The notes beneath the pieces were generated by a model. It was not told the DNA's origin. It made no database searches and was given only the letters and a program-made list of their open reading frames with translations. A stretch of DNA of 64,000 nucleotides, taken from NCBI GenBank assembly GCA_964016885.1, contig OZ024740.1:288982001-289046000 (forward strand), in the 5' to 3' direction. This stretch comes from Eledone cirrhosa. Taxonomy: Eukaryota. The number at the start of each line of letters is the position of its first letter. Positions within the stretch are counted from its first letter, which is position 1. Shown piece after piece: positions 23,392 through 35,200 of the stretch. Position numbers and translations under genes: made by a program.

Positions 23392-24224
23392 GTAAGTAAT
23401 TATTTACTATTTACTTAAAATTTGCTGTAAAGATTCAATGCATGTTACTTTCCATTTACTTGAGTGAACAGCATTTGCTGTCTCTCTAAAAGAATTCTCT
23501 CTCTTTGTGTCATAGACATATATGATATATGTCACATGTATGACACTCTAGGTTGGTGAAACTAGACCAGAAGACAGAGTTGCGATATTGTATGGCAGTA
23601 AAAGTAGAGAACCTGCAGTGACCAGAAAGACTGTATGATGTATAAATCAGAGGTGTGGAGTTGTATGGCAATGTACATAGAACATCTGTAGTAATTTTAT
23701 TGTGTATATATCAATCGGCTGTGTGTGTAGTGGGCCAGTAGTGACTGGAGAGACTGTATGATGTATATGGCAGTGGAATGATGTTGTATGGCAGTGGAGT
23801 TGGAGGACCTTTAAATGCTGGAATGATTGTCTGGGGTGTCAATGGTGTAATGTTGAATAGCAGTGAAGGTAGAGACCCTGCAGTAACTGGAGAAACTGTA
23901 CAGTGTCAATGGCCTGATGTTGCACCTGACATGCACTGATAAATCAAGGGATTCAGAATTTCCACTCTTCACTCTGTTCCTGTGTATCTGTACATTCTGG
24001 TAGTGGTTCCAGTAGAGGCCAGGTAAGCTGAACATGGTGCGAGGGAGACAGTTAATATTCTCCTGCATTTATTATTGAAGTGTTTGGTGTCAGTAATGTT
24101 GCAGCTACTTCTGTGTGTATGTGTTTTTTATGCTTGTCTGAGGCGAGTGGAAGAGATAGTGTTTTTAGTATGTTACTGTTGTGCTCTGGGGTTTTCCATA
24201 TATATATATATACACACACACACA

Positions 24225-25040
24225 GTAGCCGTAAAAATCCCAGCCAAATCATAGGCCCCACTATGAGCAGGGTACAGCGCGGCCAACTGGCCAGACCCAC
24301 CTCATAACAGGAACACACAGTTCCACACTGTAAACGTGGTTGGTGCTATGAAGGACATAGAGCAGTCGTAAAAGCCCAGCCAAAATGTGGTCAGTACGAG
24401 CAACGTACGATATGGTCAACTGGCCTGACTTGCCTCTGGGGCCACCCAGTCCCATGCTATAAATATGGTTGGTATTAGGAAGGACTTTCTAACAGCTGTA
24501 AAAAGCCAGTCAAAATGTGGTCCCGTATGTGTAAGGTATGGTGCAGCCAACTGGCCAGATCTACCTCATAACGGGAACACACAGTTCCACACTGTAAATA
24601 TGGTTGCTGTTAGGAAGGACATCTAGCAGCTGTAAGAACCCAGCCAAGGGAAGGTCCTCTATGAGCAAGGTATGGCACGGCTAATTGACCAAACTTGCCT
24701 CATAAGAGCGACCAGCTAGTCCCACACTGTAAATGTGGTTGGTGTTAGGAAAGGCATCCAGCAGCCATAAAAATCCTCAGCCAAAACACTGGCCCTGCTC
24801 TGAGCAGTGTTTGATCCAGCCAACTGGCCAGACCCTTCTCATATCAGGACCACTCAGTTCCACACTGTCAACGTGGTTGGTGTTAGGAAAGACATCCAGC
24901 TGTAAAAAATCAGTCGAAGTACAGTCCCATTTGAGCAAGAGACAGCAAGGCCAAATGGCCAGACTTGCTTCATAGCATGGATGACTTATCTGACTCATGC
25001 AAACTTTGAAGATAAGACATTAAACCGCGATGATAAGAAT
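24225..25040 (+). repeat. Tandem array (~130-140 bp unit, 5-6 copies) of an RTE 3' UTR-like module
   Basis: Recurrent ccacactgtaaa(c/t)gtggttggtgttaggaagg at about 24323, 24451, 24586, 24722 and 24860, ending in a decayed RTE tail. Confidence 0.82.
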
Positions 25041-26194
25041 GATATATATATGGGTGTATGGAGGTAGCTTTACATGTGAGAAGAACTGGAATGCAGGTTG
25101 AAGCTTGTATGGCAACAAACTGTACCCCTCACATATCTAGGTGGCTCTTTCATTTTTAGTATTTTTTCACTGTGTAGGTGGATTGGTTGTAGTTTGTTGT
25201 ATATACTTAGATTAATGCACTGTTTTGTGTTCTTTGTAATTTATTGTGGAGAGATTAGAGAACTAGGCAGGGTTGGCATAGTCTATGATAAATCTAATGT
25301 ACTGTTTGTACACTATTGTTTGTGATTCTGTTCACCAAATGCAGTACCTGTGATTGCTCTAAATATATCTATCGTTTTGCTTTCTTTACCTATCTTCTAT
25401 GTATTTTGTGAAGTTGTGGATACTCCATCTAGAAAATTGCAGATAGGTTTCTAGCCAAAGTTTTGTCTTGTTTCTTATGATGGTGTTGATTATTTTTGTT
25501 GAGTATTATGAGTGAATAGAGGAGAAGGCAGCAAATTAGCATGGTTGTTAGAACGTCGGATAGAATGTTTGAGGTATTTGTTTTGGCTATCTGCTCTCTG
25601 ACTTCAAATCCTGCCAAAGTCAACTTTGCCTTCCATCCATTCAGGGTGGATAGAAATGTACCAGTCTCGTACTGGGATCATCTTCCTCTATATCTCCTTT
25701 TCATTTTCATTCTCTCACTGTATTCAGACCTGGAGAGTATATGGGCTCTGCCAGATTTTAAAAATAACCCCTAGAAATACTGTATGTCAATACAGCGCCA
25801 CTATGATTTCCTCAGGAGTTACAGGTTCACACCTACAGAGGAGAATGGAGTCAAAAAGCTTTGCTGATACAGATGTAGATAGAATGGTACATGTGGGGTT
25901 TCTTTTTGATGTTTAAGCCATGATGTATTTTCTATGTTAGTAGTCTGGTGGTTGAGTGTAGTGATTTGAATCCATGTTGTGATTTGGAAAGGGTATATGA
26001 AGGTTGGAGATGTTGAGGATTATTCTTTCTAGAATTTTTGAGACTGTGCATAGGTGGATGATAAGTCTGTATGATGTTACTTGGGGTTTTGTTGGCTTTT
26101 AAAATTACAATTTTATCTGGCTTCCAGAGTCTAGGAATTTGATAGTATTGGTATAAGTAATTGTATTATAGATGTCATGGGTGTGATGATGTAA

Positions 26195-26470
26195 GGCAGT
26201 CCAGGTAGAAGACCTGTAGTGACTGGAGAGAGTTAATGTGGTATATAGGTCAGTGGTATAATGTATGAAGTGAAGGTAGAAGACCTGTAGTGACTGGAGT
26301 GAGACTATGTGGTGTATATGTCTGGTGTAATGTATAGCAGTGTGAGTAGAAGAACTGTTAGTGACTGGAGAGGGACTGTATAGTGTATATGAATAAGTGT
26401 AACATATGGCAGTGTATATAGAAGACTTGTAGTAATGGGGAAAGAAACCGGTTGCAGTTACTGGAGAGAG
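26195..26470. repeat. Degenerate minisatellite (~70 bp unit); related array at 23560-23930
   Basis: Recurrent gtagaagacctgtagtgactggagag...tgtggtgtata. Confidence 0.7.
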
Positions 26471-27749
26471 AGAGGGAGAGTGAGATATATATATATATAT
26501 ATAGAGAGAGAGAGGTATGTATATAAGTCAGTTGTGTAACAGGAAGTGAAGGTAGAAGATTTTTAGTGAGTCAATGCTGCAGGTCATTGAAATATAAGAA
26601 ATAAGATTACAGGACATGAGACAATACTTGGATTTTGCTTGCAGAAAAACAAGTTGAGTATGATTAAAATTAATGTGTAATGTCAAGCTGAATGATAGGT
26701 GAAACCTAAGTGAATTAAAAAAGTAACTGGATAGCTGCATATAACCCCCTCATCATCTCTCCAACAGACAACAGATGTGTTTTCACAAAGACTTGTAATT
26801 TAATGGACATATAATATACCACATGGTAGATGGGACAAAAATCCATAAGCTAATGGTAGAGATTAGTTGAAGTTGAAGAGGCAGACTGAGGACAACTTAG
26901 AGTGAAGTAGTTGGAGCAGATGTGAAAAACTTAGACATCTAAAATATGAAAACAAAAACAAAAAAAAACAAACTATTATAACAAAAGAAAGGCGCTGCAT
27001 TGCATTATTGTTCAACGTACAGAAGCATAGAAAGAAAATAAAACACATTAAAATTATCGAGGATAACAATAGTGATGTATGCGTATTTAACTTATAAACA
27101 CTATCCTTGTTTCCCTATAGATCATATACATAACAATAATAAATAAATACATAAATAAATATATGATGAATAAATGAGTAATAAATGAACTCAAAGAAAT
27201 AAATATGTAAAATGAAAATAATATAGCAGGGAATTTTGGTTTTACTTGACAAATACAGTTACTGTTGAATGCGTTAATGGAATGATTATAGATTGATAAG
27301 TAATTAAGTCCAGGAAAGGCATTCAACTATAAAAGCTATGATATGTATGGTACCTCTGGAGACAAATGTGGCCTTGAAACACACAAATCATACAAGCATG
27401 GGAAAACAGCTGGCTAAATGGGAATGATAATGAGAATGACAGCAGCAGTGCTGGTAATGGTGGTGGTTGTAGGGGTGATGGCAATGGTAGTGATGGTGGT
27501 TCTTTTGTTGATTTGCTGTCCAATGTACTTTAATACTATGCTAATGCACTTTCACTGAATTCCCACTTGATATTACCTTATTACATGGTATAGTGGAGAA
27601 GGGCACTAAGTTTGTCCTATTTCATTGCTAGCCTTTGGTACAAAGATGATATGTTTGCTGTAATATTCCTGTGTAAAATGAGGATTTGTGCATATGGTTT
27701 AGCTGGTTGCTTGATTTGTTCCCTGGTTATTTGATTTACTTCTTTTTCT

Positions 27750-28960
27750 TCTTTGCCCACTTATTCCTGAGAGGGTTGTAGAGGCAGAGTCCTCAAACAC
27801 CCCTTCCAGTGGGTCCTGTCAGAAGCAATAGTTTCCAACTGATCCAGCTGGATCACCAAGCGAGACCAGCAAGCTCAGGGATGTTATATAATCATCTTGC
27901 TCAGGGTCTGCCTCTGAGTCTCATGCCGGTTTATTTTGCCTGTAAAATCTGTCCAGTGATTCTTTCCTAAGACATTCTAACCACATGCCCATAGTACCGG
28001 AGCAGTGATATCTCAATTTGGAGAAGTAGCAGTAACGTTATCCAAAGACCCTTCAGAGGAATCCCATTTCAGCTGCTTATATTCATGATTGCATTCTTTC
28101 GGTCAGTACCTAAGATTCATGTCCATATAAGGGTTGGCATGAAGACCGATTTGAATGTAGTGAGTTTGGCTTTTATACCTACTACCCTTCTTCTGATTAC
28201 CGAATGCTGAAGCTGGTGCATTACTGCACCAGCTCCTGCAATTCTTGCACTTAATTCAGCCTCCTGCCTTCCATCACTCATGAACATGGCCCCAAGATAC
28301 ATGAATGTCTCTACCTGCTTCAGTGGAACTTCATTCATATATAGTGTGCACTGCACAGGCTTCCTTGTGAGGATGAGTGTCTTAGTTTTTGCAGCACTAA
28401 TTTTCAATCCAGCCATGCAGCACTCAACATCAAACCTATCAAGTGCAAGTCGGAGATCGGCCTCTGTTGAGTTAAGTAATACCATGTCATCTGCAAATTC
28501 CTGCCGACTGATTCTATGCTTGCCAGTCGTGACACCACTTCCAACCCGGCTGTGCATGTCAATCCTGTTCATGAAAATAATGAACAGGAGAGGTGACAGT
28601 ATGCACACTTGGCAGAGCCCACTTCCATATTGAATGGTTTCGATTTAGTACAATTTATCCATACACAAAAACTTGGGCATTCATATAGAGACATCAGGGC
28701 AGCAAGTAGCTGATCATCGATCCCATACTCCTGCAGAATCTTCCCGAGGAACACTGTCATATGCCTTTCCGAGGTCTATAAAACAAGTTAAAACCACTTG
28801 GCAATACTCCCACAATTATCTTGAAGACTGCCGCAGTGTGAATATTTGGTTGGTTGTGCTGCACCAGGGCAAAAAATACACTGTTTATCAGCTAGCTAGG
28901 ATTTGACAATCTTGCTGCATGTCTTTGCCAGACACTTAGCATAGACTTTACTGGGGATTT
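27750..28960 (-). mobile_element. RTE-clade (Expander/Rex3-like) LINE fragment, second family without PHD
   Basis: IDLGKAYDSV, LSPLLFIIFM, FADD, KTKTL and VETFMYLG motifs in ORF 28117-28608 and its neighbours. Confidence 0.8.
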
Positions 28961-30129
28961 ACTGATGATTTAAATCATACCATCAGTGTGGTGATCATTG
29001 TTAAATATGTTTTCTATGTTTGTGAAAATGTTGATAGTTTATACCAGCTACAAATAAAATTGTCTCAAATGTATATAATATTGGTGAAGAGTGATATGAG
29101 AGTGTATAAGGGACATGGTAATATTTTCTATAACAGGGAACAGATGTTTCACAGATGTGAGCTGTTCTAAAAGCTTACTTCCATTATCAGAAAAGAAAAA
29201 AAAACATTAAAAATGTCTACAAAAAACAAAGAAAAAAAAATGAACAATCTTCAACATTATGATGTTTCATGTCTTTATTAAGGAAAAACATGAGATGTCA
29301 GGTCAAGTGATTTAAAATTGTGGCCTTAGGCCTTAATGAGAAATTAAACCCAACCCTAATGAATATGTGAAATAAATAACATTCCTTCCAGTATGAATAT
29401 AAAGAGAACTAGCTGTTCCACATGTGTATGAGGTGTTCTCTATATCCATGAGGTGTTTCACATGTACATGGGAAACACTGTACACATTGTACCATGCAGA
29501 ATACTCTCTTCTCTTTGTGTAGTTCTGTTATTTATTGCATTAGACTCACCTCAAACTTTTGAAATTTCACCCGAATATTTAATCTGTAATGGTGCGGGAC
29601 ATTCAGCAGATGCGACCTGATGTTTTTAGAAAATGCTTGTGGGAGTGGAGGTGTGTATTTTTTTATGTAGTTATGACTAATATTTCAGTGTTTCATGTAC
29701 TTCTTCTCTGCTTACTGAAAGCTGTCTCATATTAAAGCTGTCTTGGGAATAAATAATAGTATGTTAAAATAAAACAAGCTGTATTCGTACATAACTCTTC
29801 ACTCTGAATATATACTAGCAAATAAAGTAAACAATAGCAAAACAAAAGACATATTTATACTACTTAAATTAAGGGTGGATGCAAATGTAAATGCATATAT
29901 TTAGTTGGCCTGAAAACAGAATTTTCACACTGAGAAAATAATTTATTTTATTATTACAGTTTTTCTAAACAACAATTCTTCTTCCTTAATAAACAGGTAG
30001 AAGTCTAAACTATTCTTTATTTTACTGTAACTGCGAGCACTTCTGAAAAGTTTTTTTTTTTTTTGATGTGAGTAGTTAGAGCAATTACATTTTTGCATCT
30101 GGAAGTCCTTTCCTACAAATGTCCATACA

Positions 30130-30815
30130 ACATCATCATCATCACTGTTTTACATCCATTTTTCCATGCTAACATGGGTTAGACGAGTTGTCCTGTTGTG
30201 GGCAATGCCAGGTCAGGTGATCATGTCTTGCTCATACAGAACTGATTTGGGCTTGATTTCTACAACTGCCCTTCCTAACTCCGACCTCATTTACAGTGGG
30301 TACTGGGTGCTTTTTGACGTGATGCCTACACGACCACTTTACAGTGGAGGGGGTGGTGGGGTCATACTGTATATATACTTCAGCTTCGGCCTGTACCCAT
30401 GGGAAGTCGGGTCTTCTGCATTACTGCGTAACGCCAGAGGTCTCAGTCCTGTGTCATCACCTTTGAAAGGTGCAATTGGGCAAGATCGGCTTTTATCACC
30501 TCATCCCAGGTCTTCTTGGGTCTCTCCACTCCAGGGCTTCCGTCGACTTTGAGCACTCTGCACCTTTTTATGCAGCTGTCATCCTTCATATGAATCACAT
30601 GTCCATACCACTGTAATCTCCTCTCCTGCACACAGCATTTGGTTCCTCTAATGCCTAGTCTCTCTCTTTCTCTCTCTCTCTCTCTCAGTTCATTTATGCT
30701 TTGCCGTTCATGTATATTACTATTACATATCCATCAGAGCATGCAACCTTCATCTCTTTCCAATCTACACAAGCCTTTCTGCACACAACACCCAGATCTC
30801 ACTACCATGCAACAT
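30130..30815 (-). mobile_element. RTE 3' fragment (same family as the full-length copy)
   Basis: QERRLQWYGHVIHMKDDSCIKRC...KTWDEVIKADL, followed by the 3' UTR and (GAT)n. Confidence 0.88.
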
Positions 30816-31599
30816 TTTCATTTCACAACAGTGAAGTGATAATTGTGGTACCTATTGTTTGGTAGGTAAGTTGAAGCAGAGAAACATACCTTGCCTAGAA
30901 TTGTAAGTAGAGCCTATATCAAAGTGGTTCAACTGGTACATTAGTCTGGAAGCCCAGAGAGGAAAGGAGGGACTCCTTAACATCTGAACCTCACCATTAA
31001 AAAAGTCTATCTTCCTCTCAAATTTTGATAGCAGCTTCCGCCAATCCTTCTTCAAGGGTCTTGAAAGCAGTCTTGTTCTGCCATTCAAACTTCTCTTGAA
31101 GGCTTTGGTTGCAAGTTAACGACTGTAGCAATGTCGAAATCTTCACTTTGCTATCAGTTCTCTAGTATTGTGACCCTATAGACTCTTTATTACATTTGAT
31201 GCTGTTAGTCCATTTTAAATTATATCAAATTCATTATTAAAATGATATTAGATATTATATACACCAAATTGAGACAAAAAGAGGGCAATAGGCTTGTTAA
31301 CAGGACCAATTCAAAATGTATTTTTGTTATGAGTAATATATTCATTTCATGGGTGGTATATGGTAAAATCAATAGAGCATCAGACTAAATGCTGTGTGAT
31401 ATTTCATTTCATCTCTTTACATTCTGATTTCAAATCTCACTGAGGTCAACTTTGTCTTTCATCCCTCTGAACTTGAAAGAATAATTAGTAGTCAGGTACT
31501 GGGGTCACCTAATATATACTAATCAATTAATGTGCAGATTGCTACTGACTGAGATCGTTATTTTCATCAGTTGTGATATTTCCATTTTCAAGTTGTTAT

Positions 31600-32440
31600 A
31601 CTGATGAACAATGCGGTTTTCGCCCTGGACACAACAGAGCTGACAGGTCTTCAAGAAATGATGGGAGTATTGCCATGATGTATATTCTTATTATGTAGAC
31701 CTTGAAGAGGCATATGCCTGCATTTCTCTAGACCTGCTGTGGAAGGTTCTACAGGAGTTAGGATTGATGGTCAACTTCTTGCTGCCTGATGTCTTTATAC
31801 AAATGCTTGAGTACTTGTGTTCAGATAAATGGTGCTAAATCAAAACCATTCAATATGGAAGCCAGTCTCCACCAAGTGTGCGTACTGTCACCTCTTCTGT
31901 TCATTATTTTCATAAACAAGATTGACATGTGCAACCGGGTTGGAAGTGGTATCATGACTGGCAGGTGTAATATCAGTCGACTGAAATTTGCAGACAACAT
32001 GGTGTTACTTAACTTGACAGAAGGTGATCTCTGACTTGGACTTGATAGGTTTGATGTGGAGTGCTGTATAGCTGGAATGAAAATCAGTGCTGTGAAAACT
32101 GAGACACTCATCCTCTCAAGGAGGCCTGCACAGTGCATTCTACATGTAAATGGAGTTCTACTGAAGCAGGTGGAAGGTGGAGAAGTTCAAGTATCTCAGG
32201 GCCATGTTCACGAGTGATGGAAGACAGGAGGCTGAATTAAGTGCAAGAATTGCAGGAGCTGGTGAAATAATGTGCCAGCTTCAGCATTCAGTAATCAGAA
32301 GAAGGGAGGGAGGTGTAATCCCCGCTTGGGGATCCAGCCAGATCAGTTGGAAACTGTTGCTTGAGAGAGGACCCACTGGAAAGAGTGTTTGAGGACTCTG
32401 CCCTCACAACCCTCTCAGGAATAAGTGAGTGAAGAAGTTC
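31600..32440 (+). mobile_element. Second copy of the Expander-like RTE family, inverted relative to 27750-28960
   Basis: EQCGFR, LSPLLFIIFINKID, FADN, EKFKYL; shares the 3' end sequence aaccctctcaggaataagtg. Confidence 0.82.
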
Positions 32441-32569
32441 TTAGATTTGGCAGGTGGTAGATTGGCAGAATCATCAGAGCATTGAAGAAAATTATTTGCA
32501 GTATTTAGTTATGGCTATTGCTTATACTAGAAATAATAATAATATAAATAATTTAATATTGACAAATCA

Positions 32570-33200
32570 ATGAATTCCCCACTTTGTAGGTTGGGTGGTG
32601 AGAAATGTGAAACAATAAACCACATTATTAGTGAATGTAAAATGCTTGCTCGTAAAGAGTACAAGAAAAGACATGACAACATTGCCAGATTGGTTCATTG
32701 GAAGCTCTGTCATAAGTATGACATGAGCAGAAGTGAGAAATAGTTTGAACATCAACTGGAAAGGGTTGCTGAAAACGAACAGTATAAGATATTGTGGGAC
32801 ATGATCATCCAGTGAGATTATTTTATCATAGCTAGAAAGCCTGACAATGTTGTTGTAGAAAAGAAGAATATCAAGGCATATATTGTGGATATTGCTTCAC
32901 TGGGACCACAGGGTGAATGAGAAGGAAAGTGAGAAAGTTGAGAAATACCAGGAGTTGAAGAGAAAAATCAGGAAACTATGGAGAATGAGACATGTAGAAG
33001 TAGTACCGATTGTGGTCGGCACACTGGGAGCAGTTAGTAAAAGGTTAGAATTATGGCTTGAGAAGTTAGAAATTACCATCAGGGATTGTTGTAGAAAATA
33101 GCCTTGCTAGGAACAGCAAGGATTCTAAAGAGGGTGTTGGAAAGTTGAAGGAGAAGGAATGACTCAAAGGATCTTTGGCTATGGCTTGTGTTACAAATAA
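32570..33200 (+). mobile_element. R4/Dong-clade (RLE endonuclease) LINE 3' fragment
   Basis: NHIISECKMLARKEYKKRHD, KILWD, RKPD, KESEKVEKYQELK, VVPIVVGTLG and ALLGTARILKRVL motifs. Confidence 0.8.
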
Positions 33201-33230
33201 TAATAAATGTTACAAATAATAATAATAATA

Positions 33231-34880
33231 GAGACTCCCTATCAACACTATGTGAAACACTAAACAGAACTGGGCTAGGGTATAAATGCTACAATGGGAA
33301 AAATTAACCATCTCCTATATATGGATGATCTAAAGCTGTATGCTACTAATGAAAAACAACTCCAAACACTGCTCCAAACTGTGCACGGATTCACAAAAGA
33401 AATAAGTATGAAATTTGGATTAGAAAAATGTGTCAAGGCAGCTCTGAAGAGAGGGAAACTAGTGAAAAGCAATAATATCATGTCAGATAAAGAAGCAGAA
33501 ATAAGAGAATTAGATCAAACTCAGACATACAAATACTTAGGAATCATTGAACAAGATAAGATTCAACATAGATGAAAGAAAAGATTAGAAAAGAATACTA
33601 CAGAAGAATTAGGTTAATACTTAAAACTGAACTAAATGCAAAAAATAAGGTGATTGGCATCAACACTTTAGCAATCCCGGTAATGAGCTACAGCTTTAAC
33701 ATTCTGAAAGAACTAGCTGGAATAGATAGAAAAACAAGAAAAATAATAACTGCATTTAAAATACACCATCCAAAATCAGACATAGAAAGATTATACCTAC
33801 CAAGAACACAAGGAGAAAGGGGCCTTATGCAACTAGAAAACTCTTATAAAATAACTACTGTAGGACTACAAAAATACCTAATAAAAAACAAAGGAAAACT
33901 AATACAGACAGCCACGAAACATGAACAAGACAAAAACTTTTCTCAGTCTTCAAGGAAGCCAAAAAATTCAAATCAAAAAGAAAAAAAGAACAATAGAAAT
34001 TGTGAAAGACATAAAATTTAAACTGAAAACTGACATCCAGAATGCCATGTTAAAACAATGGCAAGAGAAATCTTTACATGGCCAATACCAAAAAAGCTAA
34101 ATAGAAAGGAAGTAGACAAAGAAAACACATATAACTGTCTCCGAAGCACTGGACTAAAAGCTGAGACGGAAGGATTTCTCATTGCAGCGCAGGACCAGAG
34201 TCTATCCACCAGAAACTACCAGAAGTACATAATGAAACAAAGCACAATAAGTAACTGTAGAATATGTGGAGATTGGGAAAAACAATGAACCACATAGTCT
34301 CTGGATGCCCAACTCTAGCCAAAAAAGAATATTTCCACATAGAGTTGGGACCTTCATACACTGGAAATTATGCCAGCATTATGAAATACCAACAGAAAAA
34401 AGATGGTATAAACTCACACCAGAAAAAGTGTCAGAGAATGACAAAGTAACTATTCTCTGGGATATGCCAATACATGCAGACAGACAGATCAAGGCCAACT
34501 GACCAGATATTATAGTCAAAGAATACAAAGAAAAAAAATCCCTTGTAATAGATGTACCGATCCCCACAAATGACAATATATCTTCCAAGGAAATAGAGAA
34601 ACTCTCCAAATATAAAGATCTAGAGATAGAAATAACTTGGATGTGGAAAATGAAAACAGAAATGATACCTATAATATTAGGTACTATAGGAATGATAAAA
34701 ACACACAAACAAATACATAGCTAAAACCCCAGGACTTACAATTATATACAGCATACAAAAGATAGTACTAGGCACTGCACACATATTACGTAAAGTGCTA
34801 TCAATACAATAGAAACAGCATCAGCAACAACTACAAGGCGCACAGAGCTGTGCTTGGTAAAGCAGTAATGATGCACAATA
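33231..34880 (+). mobile_element. R4/Dong-clade LINE, 5'-truncated and frameshifted (RT end + CCHC + RLE)
   Basis: INHLLYMDDLKLYA, HHPKSDIERLYLPR, TEGFLIAAQDQ, CRICG..HIVSGC, ILWDMPI..PDIIV, KEIEKLSKYKDLEIEI; (AAT)n on both flanks. Confidence 0.88.
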
Positions 34881-35046
34881 AAAATAATAATAATAATAAT
34901 AATTAATTAATTAATCCCGCTGAGGTTAGCTTTACCTTTCATCCTTACGGGGTTGATAAAGTAAGCACTGGTAATGCATTGGGGTTGATTTAATCGATTT
35001 TATCCTCCCCCAAAATTGCTAGCCTTGTGCCTAAAGTAGAAACAGT

Positions 35047-35200
35047 TATTATTATTATTAATCTTATTTTTGTTGTGCATTGTCACTGCACTACCGAGCA
35101 CAGCTCTGTGCACCTTGAGTATATGCAGTGTGGGTTTTGATAGTGCTGTTTCTATTGTGTTGAGAGTATGCTTTGTAATATGTGTGCAGTCACTAGTACT
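35047..35200 (-). mobile_element. Short 3' end of the same Dong-like family, inverted
   Basis: Reverse complement matches 34765-34890 (gcacagagctgtgctcggta...tgcaca plus (AAT)n). Confidence 0.75.

Noticed and set aside
24225-25040. CRISPR-like repeat-spacer appearance
   Set aside because: The intervening segments are homologous to each other and to the RTE 3' UTR; the context is eukaryotic and no cas genes are present.
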